Below, piece after piece: positions 25,593-33,054 of a DNA stretch of 33,054 nt. Position 1 is the first letter of the stretch, and every line of letters starts with the position of its first letter. The notes beneath the pieces are model-generated. The model had not been told where the DNA came from. It made no database searches and was given only the letters and a program-made list of their open reading frames with translations. Source of the stretch: a virus. Taxonomy: Duplodnaviria > Caudoviricetes. Location: positions 1 through 33,054 of IMG/VR virus record IMGVR_UViG_3300017912_002025, one strand, 5' to 3'. The position numbers and the translations under genes are program-made.

Positions 25593-25982
25593 TTACTCCG
25601 GCTTCACAGGCCACACGACAGTGTCGAGGGACTGATAGGTTTGCGTGATGTCACGCAGCGCCTGACGGTAGTCCCGCCGGGCCTGTGACATGGTCAGATC
25701 CGAAGAGGCCCACCAATCTGTTTCCGCAAGGCGGCGGTTCCGCTCTTCGCGCAGCAGCTTCAGCGGCTCGGCAGCATCAAGCTCGGCCTTCTTCGCAGAG
25801 ACCGTGGCCCACGATACACCCCAGTTGTCAGGGTTGTCGGACTCGATTGCGGTGCCGTTCTCATTCTCGCCAATAACCCGGCGGAACATGGCATTGAACT
25901 CGTCCTCCGTGGTCGGCTCACCACGAAGCACCCACTGTTCGTCAGGGATGAGGGCTACGATTGCGTCTGCTACTGTTGCCAT
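25593..25982 (-). CDS. Tail fibre assembly chaperone-like protein
   Basis: LREERNRRLAETDW...YRQALRDIT...WPVKP. Confidence 0.8.
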   Translation of the reverse strand: MATVADAIVALIPDEQWVLRGEPTTEDEFNAMFRRVIGENENGTAIESDNPDNWGVSWATVSAKKAELDAAEPLKLLREERNRRLAETDWWASSDLTMSQARRDYRQALRDITQTYQSLDTVVWPVKPE

Positions 25983-25991
25983 GCCTTCCCC

Positions 25992-26483
25992 TTACGTTGC
26001 CGCCAATAGATGGCCGCTAAAGTGACTGTAAGTTCCTTTAAGAGCCTGCCCATAACTTGAGCCATACCAGTATATACCCATAGTATCCGAAGCGTTCATT
26101 TCAACAGTTACAGAGGCTACCCCAGAAGCTCTGTTAACACCGCCATTGCTATAAGATTGAAAAGACACAAGGTTTGCGCCATTTTTGTAAAAAAGCCCAA
26201 CACCAAAAGCTGCCTCGTTAATAAGGACGCAAGCATTGAAACAGTAAATGCCATTAACCGGCGCAGTGTACAGTCCTGTGGATGGGACAAAACATGAATC
26301 TGTATCAAAAACTTCTGTGTCCCATCCCAAGACGTTATCTTGGTCATGGGTGGCGTCAGAAGGCGTGTGCGCTAAAAAGGCGGCGTTTTTAGCCCTAGCC
26401 ACATAACCAGCAGTGTTCACTGTAAAAGCAGTGTTCCCGTTAGTCGGGTCTTGGATTTCGGAGACCTTCAGTATGCTGCTCAT
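25992..26483 (-). CDS. C1q-like domain virion protein
   Basis: AFLA...FVPSTGLYTAPVNGIYCF...FSGHLL. Confidence 0.75.
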   Translation of the reverse strand: MSSILKVSEIQDPTNGNTAFTVNTAGYVARAKNAAFLAHTPSDATHDQDNVLGWDTEVFDTDSCFVPSTGLYTAPVNGIYCFNACVLINEAAFGVGLFYKNGANLVSFQSYSNGGVNRASGVASVTVEMNASDTMGIYWYGSSYGQALKGTYSHFSGHLLAAT

Positions 26484-26962
26484 TGGGCAATCTCCAGCAA
26501 AGTCATTCGACCATCTGTGTCGTCATGTTGAAACTTGACTGCATCACCTGTGGCGTTTTTCGCGAAGGTTTTATATTCAACTTGACTGGTGGTGTTAGGG
26601 CTATCCTCATACACAAAACCAGCAAATGTCGTTACATACCCATTCCACCCGCTTCTTTCTAATCGTCTTTGATTGGTGCCGGTGACCGCACTGCCATCCC
26701 TGTACAGGCGAATGTCAGAAGTCATTGAACCTGTGCCGCTGATAAGCTGACGAGCCTGTTGAGAAACTATTACCAATATTTTACTGTTTGAGTATTGAGG
26801 TGTTATTTGAGCAGTGAGGCCCGTATGTGTAAATGATGCTGATGTTATATTTACGTCAGTGGTGGCGTCTGCGCTATGCACAACCTGAACAACATGCCCC
26901 GCAATGGCCACCCCGTTGCCGCTGGTCTTTTCAGTGATGGTGTCTACGAATAGTGTACTCAT
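26480..26962 (-). CDS. Short fibre/decoration protein
   Basis: MSTLFVDTI N-terminus; GHVVQVV...ITPQYSNSKILV...DSPNTTSQVEYK...LLEIAQ. Confidence 0.7.
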   Translation of the reverse strand: MSTLFVDTITEKTSGNGVAIAGHVVQVVHSADATTDVNITSASFTHTGLTAQITPQYSNSKILVIVSQQARQLISGTGSMTSDIRLYRDGSAVTGTNQRRLERSGWNGYVTTFAGFVYEDSPNTTSQVEYKTFAKNATGDAVKFQHDDTDGRMTLLEIAQ

Positions 26963-26964
26963 GT

Positions 26965-27498
26965 CTAACCTACCAAGTGTCCGCTGAAGTGTGATGGCGA
27001 ACCGCTACTGCTAGACGGAGTAGCGCCGTTGAGAACAGCGGTCGTACCGCCCTCTAAGTATATAAAGACTTCAACATAATCGGTGGCATCAAGTTTTAAG
27101 GTGACGCTACCAGAAACAATACCTCGGTCACTAGCGTATAAGGTTTCGTGTGCAAATTGTGCATACACCGAACCGTTTTTGTAAAACCGACCAAGAACTC
27201 TAGTGTTACTTCCGCTACTATAATCAACATTAAGGGATGTATTGAATTGGTAGACGCCGTTTACTGGAGCAACAAAACGGTTGTTGGTCGAACTGTCAAA
27301 GTCTGAACCAGTGTCAAAATCCGTGGCATTAAAATCCACCTTATCCCAGCTACCAATAGACATAGTTTGGTCTGCGGTTAGATAAGCAAAAAAAGCGGGT
27401 CTGGCAGGAGTTGTGACTCGACCAGATGAATCTACTAGAACACCATCCGTCGTACTGCCCGTCGCCCGTACCTTGTCTACATTCAGAATCGAAGCCAT
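26965..27498 (-). CDS. C1q-like domain virion protein
   Basis: RPAFFA...RFVAPVNGVYQF...DYVEVF...FSGHLVG. Confidence 0.78.
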   Translation of the reverse strand: MASILNVDKVRATGSTTDGVLVDSSGRVTTPARPAFFAYLTADQTMSIGSWDKVDFNATDFDTGSDFDSSTNNRFVAPVNGVYQFNTSLNVDYSSGSNTRVLGRFYKNGSVYAQFAHETLYASDRGIVSGSVTLKLDATDYVEVFIYLEGGTTAVLNGATPSSSSGSPSHFSGHLVG

Positions 27499-27505
27499 AC
27501 GCGCC

Positions 27506-28240
27506 TCACAGGATTGTCAGATTGCCACCGCTGGCAATCGTTACGGTTACGCCATCAGCAATCGTAAGCGGTCCGATGCCAAGGGCATTCTTTGTGGCGG
27601 CGATGGTGGTGTTCTCGCTGATAGTCTGGTCGCTGGTGCGGAACCCTGCCGTGTCCACCGTGGTGTTCGTGGTCTGGAAGGACGTTGCGGTAATCTCACC
27701 AGCAAACGTGCCGCCGGACGCCTTCGATACTGTATCAGTAACCGTGAACGCACGAAAGGCGCGGATCACCAACTCATCACTAGTCGCGGCCCCGGTGCCG
27801 AGTGTGATTGTATCTCCGTTGCTGGCCGTGAAGTCTGAACTGTCCAGGTGCACCCCGTTAAGGTAAACATCGACATCGTTACCACTAAAAGCCAGTATCG
27901 CACCATTTGCATCCGCCCCCGTAAATGCCGTCTGGTTGTTCGTAGCCACATACTTGAATAGCTGCATCGCGTAGCTGGTTGGCTGATCAACAGCGCGGCC
28001 AAAAAAGCGCACAGTAATTACGTCGCCGTTAGCAGGGGCAGCAGAGAATGTCAGGGTGTTGCCCTGCGCCGTATACGCCTTGTTGGTTCCCGGCTCCTGC
28101 ACGACGTTACCGATGGTGACAAGCATTGCCTCGCCAGACACGACGCTTTGCGCCAGCGTAAACGCCGTCGCACTCCCGTCGCCGGTAAATCTCTGGAAGG
28201 TGATGTCACCTAGATTTGGGTCTACGCCGATATATGCCAT
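27506..28240 (-). CDS. Fibre/baseplate adaptor-like protein
   Basis: MAYIG N-terminus; FTGDGSATAFTL and VQEPG modules shared with 29883-30968. Confidence 0.7.
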   Translation of the reverse strand: MAYIGVDPNLGDITFQRFTGDGSATAFTLAQSVVSGEAMLVTIGNVVQEPGTNKAYTAQGNTLTFSAAPANGDVITVRFFGRAVDQPTSYAMQLFKYVATNNQTAFTGADANGAILAFSGNDVDVYLNGVHLDSSDFTASNGDTITLGTGAATSDELVIRAFRAFTVTDTVSKASGGTFAGEITATSFQTTNTTVDTAGFRTSDQTISENTTIAATKNALGIGPLTIADGVTVTIASGGNLTIL

Positions 28241-28425
28241 TAGTCAGCGTCCTCAATCGTTAAAGTGCCAGCTTCTACTTGCCGCATAATTTCGTCGTAG
28301 TGGCGGTTGCCGGAGGCAAGAGGTACACCCTTTTGCTCTCCATCAATCACTGCAAGAATGCCAATATTTTCATTCGTCTTTACGTCAATGACATACTGAG
28401 CAGATGTAATATTCATCTCGTCCAT
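28240..28425 (-). CDS. 61-aa fibre-associated small protein; paralog of 24336-24509
   Basis: MNITSAQY...VPLASGNRHYDEIMRQVEAGTLTIEDAD. Confidence 0.8.
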   Translation of the reverse strand: MDEMNITSAQYVIDVKTNENIGILAVIDGEQKGVPLASGNRHYDEIMRQVEAGTLTIEDAD

Positions 28426-28427
28426 TT

Positions 28428-29528
28428 CTATAACTCCGAATCCAACACAAGGCCGTTTACAGTAATCGTTGCGGCTCTATTGTCTGTTAAACCGCTAAAG
28501 CCACTAATGGTCATTTTCACAGTTGTAGAATGGGTTTGCGTAGACATTGCTAAAGTTGGTGCATTAGTTGATCCGCTTGTACCATTATTATTGCCGTGCC
28601 AAGCCGTTGGAGTAGCAGCCAAAGTGCTGGCAGTAGGGTCAGCCCGTAATGTTGTGACTAGGGGAACCCCGATATTTGCTATTTGACTAGACCCGTTGCT
28701 TGTAGCGGCATACATAGCGTTATTAGTGGGAACTTGATAATACCTCTGACACAGAGCCAGTTCCTCGCCAAAGCTGCGGTGTTCAAAGGGGGTGGCTTTG
28801 TCGCCGACTTCAAGTTGGATGCCGGTGATAAACAACTCATTGCTTGTGTTGTCACCAATATTAACAGTCAAACCAGCGGCCCTGTCACCATCAGACTTAG
28901 CTTCCCAAGCTGTAGGAACAGCACCACTGTTATAGCTGGAGCCAGCAGCAAACCACCACTCTAGTTCTAGCGAACCTCCATTGTCGTCCGCAAATGCACC
29001 GCTAGTATCGCCAGCAAAAGTAAGTGTCTTGTATTCCCATGTGTCAGCACTGTCGATGGTGTACGTTTTGCCAATGATGCGGGTGTTATCGGTATCGTAC
29101 ATATTCACCTGATAGGTGCCAGTTTTGTTTGACCGAATATAAAAAGACAGAGTAGCACTCAAGGCGTCACTCGTGCCTTTCTTTAGCATCTGCAAGTTTT
29201 GACCTTCAACTCGCTGTGCAAAAATGATGTTCGACGGCGACGAGTCTGCTGCCGTACAGTCAAACTTGAAGCTATTGGCAAAGCCAGAGGGTGCAATAGC
29301 TGATTGTGACAGCGTAAATGTACCGCTGCTAGACATTGATTGATGCCAACGGTCACAAACATTGTAGCCATTAGCTGTTGTGGCAGATGCGCTGGTTCCA
29401 CGCTGACTTACCTGCATGGCTCCATTGATGAGAATGTTACGCCGCCCATGCACGGAGGTGTCAGCAATCTGGTCCGTGGTAATCGTGTTGTCCGTGATGG
29501 AGTTTGCTACAATTTTACTGAGCGGCAT
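28428..29528 (-). CDS. Tail fibre/receptor-binding protein, copy B
   Basis: NILINGAMQVSQRGTS...ITGIQLEVGDKATPFEHRSFGEELALCQRYY. Confidence 0.75.
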   Translation of the reverse strand: MPLSKIVANSITDNTITTDQIADTSVHGRRNILINGAMQVSQRGTSASATTANGYNVCDRWHQSMSSSGTFTLSQSAIAPSGFANSFKFDCTAADSSPSNIIFAQRVEGQNLQMLKKGTSDALSATLSFYIRSNKTGTYQVNMYDTDNTRIIGKTYTIDSADTWEYKTLTFAGDTSGAFADDNGGSLELEWWFAAGSSYNSGAVPTAWEAKSDGDRAAGLTVNIGDNTSNELFITGIQLEVGDKATPFEHRSFGEELALCQRYYQVPTNNAMYAATSNGSSQIANIGVPLVTTLRADPTASTLAATPTAWHGNNNGTSGSTNAPTLAMSTQTHSTTVKMTISGFSGLTDNRAATITVNGLVLDSEL

Positions 29529-29538
29529 GGCCTAATCC

Positions 29539-29817
29539 TTACGGGGTTTCTTGCGAATCCACAAATGTTTCATACGCAGACTTGATTGCGCTAGTCCACA
29601 CGGCGTTGCACACTGCCTGTACAGATGCGTCTTCCCCGCTGATGTCGGTGTCGGCCCATGTGTCGCCAGACTTGGTGCGGCATTGCAAGACGTGCCGGTG
29701 ATAAGTGCGGCTAATCTCGTCGCTGCCATCTTTGATGATGGTTGCCTTGCGAACCTGTACGGCTTTGTACGGCCCACGCACCTCGCAGTCGTATTCAAAT
29801 TCTTTTGTCAGTGCCAT
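29539..29817 (-). CDS. Small fibre-associated protein
   Basis: AAGGAG SD; VQVRKATII...EISRTYHRHVL...VQAVCNAVWT. Confidence 0.8.
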   Translation of the reverse strand: MALTKEFEYDCEVRGPYKAVQVRKATIIKDGSDEISRTYHRHVLQCRTKSGDTWADTDISGEDASVQAVCNAVWTSAIKSAYETFVDSQETP

Positions 29818-29840
29818 TGTTTGCTCCTTCTAAGTTTATC

Positions 29841-29884
29841 GTCGCATGGCTGCGACCTGTCCAACCCCTACCTCTGGCGGGGTT
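29841..29884 (-). promoter_or_regulatory. Twin-hairpin intergenic element
   Basis: AACCCC/GGGGTT (29863-29884) and GTCGCA/TGCGAC (29841-29856). Confidence 0.5.
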
Positions 29885-30968
29885 ACGCTGTAAGATAAGT
29901 CAAACTGAAACCTATGTCGGATGAACCGCTTTTCAGATAACTCAGGCTAAGACTGTTTGAGCCAGTGTTGTCGAAGTCTAATGTAAACTGCAAAACATTA
30001 CCGCTGTTTGCAAATGTTGTTGGATGAACAGTCACACCTGTAATAGTTCCCGTCGTATTCCAATTATTTAGATGAACACAACCAAAAGGCGCACTCCCCG
30101 CCACTTTATCAAAAGGCAATCCACCTACGAATACATCACCCGAACCAGCCGACGATTCTGTTATGTTGTTGAGCATAACTTGTAAAAGAACAGTTCGCCC
30201 TATCTTGGTGTAAGTCGCATACGGTGAGTTTCCAGTCGTGGTGTAAGTGTAACTGCCAGCAGTAGTTGAACCATAAACTGTTGGCGTCCAAGTACCCTCC
30301 TCATAGTCACTCAGCGCATTTGCCGCCGCCGTGCCGCCGATGTACAGGTTGCCGCCAAGATAGAGATTAGCCCAGCGATTGTTTGATGCACCTAAGTCAT
30401 TGCTGTTGTCAGCGTCTGCTAAGTCTTCTCTAGGAGTTACCGCACCATTGGCAAACCGCAATCCAGAGTGTCCGCTTTCACCATCAATATAAAAGCCGCT
30501 AGACTGTGACCCCAGCGCACCAAACCGTGTGCCGTCCTTTTGTACTTCCACTATGTCGCCGTGACTTGTCGCACGGTCTACAGTCAGCGGTGCTGCGCCA
30601 TCGTCATCAACAGTCAGGCCATTCGCTACAGTGACCGCACCACTAAACGTACCGGTCGTCGCCGACAGCGCAGCGTTAGCATCATGCTCAAGGCGCGGGT
30701 TGATAGTCGCCTCACCACGGTAGATGACATACACATTGCCGGTGCCTGACGGCGGTGCCTCATCGAATGTCAGTGTCGTGCCAGATGCGGTGTAGGACTT
30801 GCCGGACCCCGGTTCCTGCTGGACGTTATCAACAAACACCTCTAGGTCTTCGCCCACATTGACGGACCTGTTCAGCGTAAAGGTGGTCGCCGAACCAGTT
30901 CCGTTAAATGACTGACTCGTTGTCTGGTTTACTATCGCTGTGTTGGGTGCTTTGCCGATGTATGCCAT
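29883..30968 (-). CDS. Tail fibre protein
   Basis: MAYIG N-terminus; ANALSDYEEGTWTP...YTKIGRTV fibre-tip module. Confidence 0.8.
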   Translation of the reverse strand: MAYIGKAPNTAIVNQTTSQSFNGTGSATTFTLNRSVNVGEDLEVFVDNVQQEPGSGKSYTASGTTLTFDEAPPSGTGNVYVIYRGEATINPRLEHDANAALSATTGTFSGAVTVANGLTVDDDGAAPLTVDRATSHGDIVEVQKDGTRFGALGSQSSGFYIDGESGHSGLRFANGAVTPREDLADADNSNDLGASNNRWANLYLGGNLYIGGTAAANALSDYEEGTWTPTVYGSTTAGSYTYTTTGNSPYATYTKIGRTVLLQVMLNNITESSAGSGDVFVGGLPFDKVAGSAPFGCVHLNNWNTTGTITGVTVHPTTFANSGNVLQFTLDFDNTGSNSLSLSYLKSGSSDIGFSLTYLTA

Positions 30969-32308
30969 TAGCCAGCCTCCAGTGCTGCGACTTTTGCTTC
31001 AAGCGTTTCAATCTTTGCCACCGCTTCTTGCAGTGCTTTCGTCAACACAGCCGTCATCCGACCATACGACACACCCTTTTTAATGCTGCCATCTTTTTCT
31101 TCACCACCGACAACAACCTCTGGGACGTGGGCCTCTACTTCTTGAGCAACAAACCCAATCTGTGGGTCATCGTCGTTTTCATTTGCAACAAGATGATACA
31201 TGCGAGGCTGCAACGATTTCACGGTATCAATGCCATAACTCAAATCCGTGATATCACGCTTGTAAGAGGCATCAGACGCATCTGTCCAAGCCCCGCCAGT
31301 TGATAGTGTTGCAATGTTGGAACCGCTATGGAAATACAGTGCAATACTGCCGCCACTGTTGACGGCATATATATTCCTAAACTGTCCATTACTTGTTCCA
31401 AAACCAAGCGTATAGCCGCCGGACCCTACATTTATACTTCCCGTGTAACTGCCATAGTCGTTGGTGGTGTCTATATATGCATTTCCACCGTTGTTTACAA
31501 AAATTCTAGGATTACCATCGCCGTCTGAAATAACTATGTTGTTGCTAGATGTGCGGATGTCTCGGCTACCCTGATTACCGTCAAATCCACCAATAATTGT
31601 ATTTTTGCTGCCGGTAGTAACATAATAACCGGCAGCAAGACCGCCACTTCTAGCGCCCACAAAGCAGTTGCTATGGCCGCTGGTGTTACTGTAGCCAGCA
31701 TAGTTACCGACAAAAACATTATAACCAGTAGACGAGGAATTGGTTTCACCGGCCCTATATCCAAGAATGGTGTTGGCTGGTGAGTCTGTGCTGGTAAAGC
31801 CAGCCCTATATCCTAAAAAGGTATTTGCCGCACCCGTTGTAGTAGCTTTCCCGGCCTCATACCCGAGAGCCGTATTGCCACTTGCGGTGGTGTTTGCAGT
31901 GAGTGTTCCATAACCCACAGCCGTATTATTATTTGCAGTGGTGTTTGCATCCAAAGCCTCGTAACCAACGGCCACGTTGTATGTGCCTGTTGTGTTTAAC
32001 TTCAATGCAGAGTGGCCCACTGCAACATTGTCAGATGCCGTAGTGTTTGCGCCAAGTGCGTTGACGCCGATTGCTATGTTGGTTGTGCCTGATGTGTTTG
32101 CATCTAATGCTGATGTGCCGATTGCGACATTAGACCCGCCACTCAGCGAACCTCCGCCAAGAGCCGCATCCCCCAGAGCCACATTGTTCGTGCCTGTCGG
32201 ATAGTTGCCGTCCAGCTTGATTGTGCCGCCATCCGCGCTAAGATTTCCAGAAACGGTTATCGATGCCGCAGAGTCAATTTGATTTGAACCGACCTTACTA
32301 AGTGCCAT
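30968..32308 (-). CDS. Tail fibre with 14-aa beta-roll repeats and S74-type intramolecular chaperone
   Basis: NxAxGxxALxANTT repeats; SDASYKRDI; GFVAQEVE; C-terminal coiled coil. Confidence 0.85.
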   Translation of the reverse strand: MALSKVGSNQIDSAASITVSGNLSADGGTIKLDGNYPTGTNNVALGDAALGGGSLSGGSNVAIGTSALDANTSGTTNIAIGVNALGANTTASDNVAVGHSALKLNTTGTYNVAVGYEALDANTTANNNTAVGYGTLTANTTASGNTALGYEAGKATTTGAANTFLGYRAGFTSTDSPANTILGYRAGETNSSSTGYNVFVGNYAGYSNTSGHSNCFVGARSGGLAAGYYVTTGSKNTIIGGFDGNQGSRDIRTSSNNIVISDGDGNPRIFVNNGGNAYIDTTNDYGSYTGSINVGSGGYTLGFGTSNGQFRNIYAVNSGGSIALYFHSGSNIATLSTGGAWTDASDASYKRDITDLSYGIDTVKSLQPRMYHLVANENDDDPQIGFVAQEVEAHVPEVVVGGEEKDGSIKKGVSYGRMTAVLTKALQEAVAKIETLEAKVAALEAG

Positions 32309-32637
32309 CAGGTAATCTCCAGTACCGACAGAGTTACATCAGCGGCAGACGCCTGACTTGCCGTTACTCGCAAGATGTCACTCGCGTTCATCACAATCTT
32401 CTGGTCGCCACCCGCCGCGACCAGCGACGAGCCTACCGGGACGATAGCGTCCTTCACGATGTGTACGTTGTCGCCGTCGCTGTTGATCAACTGCACAGAC
32501 ACAGTGATCGACACCGCTAGAATGTTCGCTACGTTCAGGCCAATGATGGTGGTTTCTGTTGAGGCTGGGCAGGTATAGACATCTGCGTTTGCAGTGCCTA
32601 CCCCAGTATCCGTGAAAGTCTTAAACGCATTTGCCAT
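32308..32637 (-). CDS. Small structural protein
   Basis: 109-aa beta-rich ORF MANAFK...LSVLEIT, coupled to the next gene. Confidence 0.7.
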   Translation of the reverse strand: MANAFKTFTDTGVGTANADVYTCPASTETTIIGLNVANILAVSITVSVQLINSDGDNVHIVKDAIVPVGSSLVAAGGDQKIVMNASDILRVTASQASAADVTLSVLEIT

Positions 32638-32641
32638 GTCA

Positions 32642-33013
32642 CTATCCTAACGCAATCGCGAATGCCAGCGAGTTATCCGTAAAGCCTTGGATCACGTTGT
32701 TGGCGTCGTTAAAGATCATCTTCTCCGCCGGGAGCGTACAAAAGATAGTGCGCGTACCAGCGGACCAGTTAACAGCGTTATCGCTGTTAGAGCTTTGTAG
32801 GATCGTGGTACGAGCCAGCGTTGTACCGGATGACGTATACGTTCCAATCCCTACCTCGAAATCTGTGCCGTCAGAGCAAGCATAGTACGTCGTGTTACCG
32901 TTGCCCACAGACGAGAACGCCTCAAAACCAGTAACGGCACCAGCGAGTGTATAGGTGCCAGTGCCGGTGGTGGTGGTCGTCTCCTTGACGCGATCCTTGA
33001 GTACCAGTGCCAT
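32642..33013 (-). CDS. Structural/tail protein
   Basis: MALVLKDRVKETTTTTGTG...EVGIGTY; ends LAFAIALG. Confidence 0.75.
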   Translation of the reverse strand: MALVLKDRVKETTTTTGTGTYTLAGAVTGFEAFSSVGNGNTTYYACSDGTDFEVGIGTYTSSGTTLARTTILQSSNSDNAVNWSAGTRTIFCTLPAEKMIFNDANNVIQGFTDNSLAFAIALG

Positions 33014-33054
33014 TACTTCAACTCGATGGTCAGGTTCCCTGCATTGATGCGGAA
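33013..33054 (-). CDS. 3' end of a structural gene (partial)
   Basis: ...FRINAGNLTIELK* with TAATG coupling to the next gene. Confidence 0.55.
   Translation of the reverse strand, partial: FRINAGNLTIELK

Larger units (their letters stand above)
1..33054. mobile_element. Tailed phage genome segment (replication arm on +, lysis/virion arm on -)
   Basis: Dense, translationally coupled phage-type genes (SNF2 helicase, primase, PolA, lysozyme, fibres with S74 chaperone); two convergent arms meeting at ~12.65 kb; no host genes recognised. Confidence 0.95.

Noticed and set aside
22363-33054. Diversity-generating retroelement or shufflon acting on fibres
   Set aside because: No reverse transcriptase or recombinase, no near-identical template/variable repeat pair seen, and all genes are co-oriented

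Overview
The whole window is part of a tailed dsDNA phage genome. It is probably podovirus-like and probably infects a marine alphaproteobacterium (inference). No host housekeeping genes, tRNA, rRNA, CRISPR array, integrase, RNA polymerase, terminase, portal or capsid were recognised. The + strand (1-12.7 kb) carries small accessory ORFs and then a replication module: SNF2 helicase, ribbon-helix-helix regulator, SSB-like protein, AEP primase, UvrD-like helicase, DUF6378-like protein and a family A DNA polymerase with Leu at the 762-equivalent position. One PD-(D/E)XK nuclease gene sits inverted in this arm. The - strand (12.6-33 kb) carries a T4-like lysozyme, putative ejection/internal virion proteins, a tail hub-like protein and a long modular array of tail-fibre, C1q and chaperone genes. 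The most striking item is ORF 132-1385, whose first ~75 aa look like the N-terminal region of bacterial translation initiation factor IF-2, fused in frame to an HNH nuclease. Also notable are a ~150-nt structured leader that could switch access to the primase ribosome-binding site, three complete small ORFs missing from the ORF track, SSB-like EIPF tails on two neighbouring replication proteins, and a duplicated fibre+microprotein module. All family calls come from motif recognition by eye; no searches were run.
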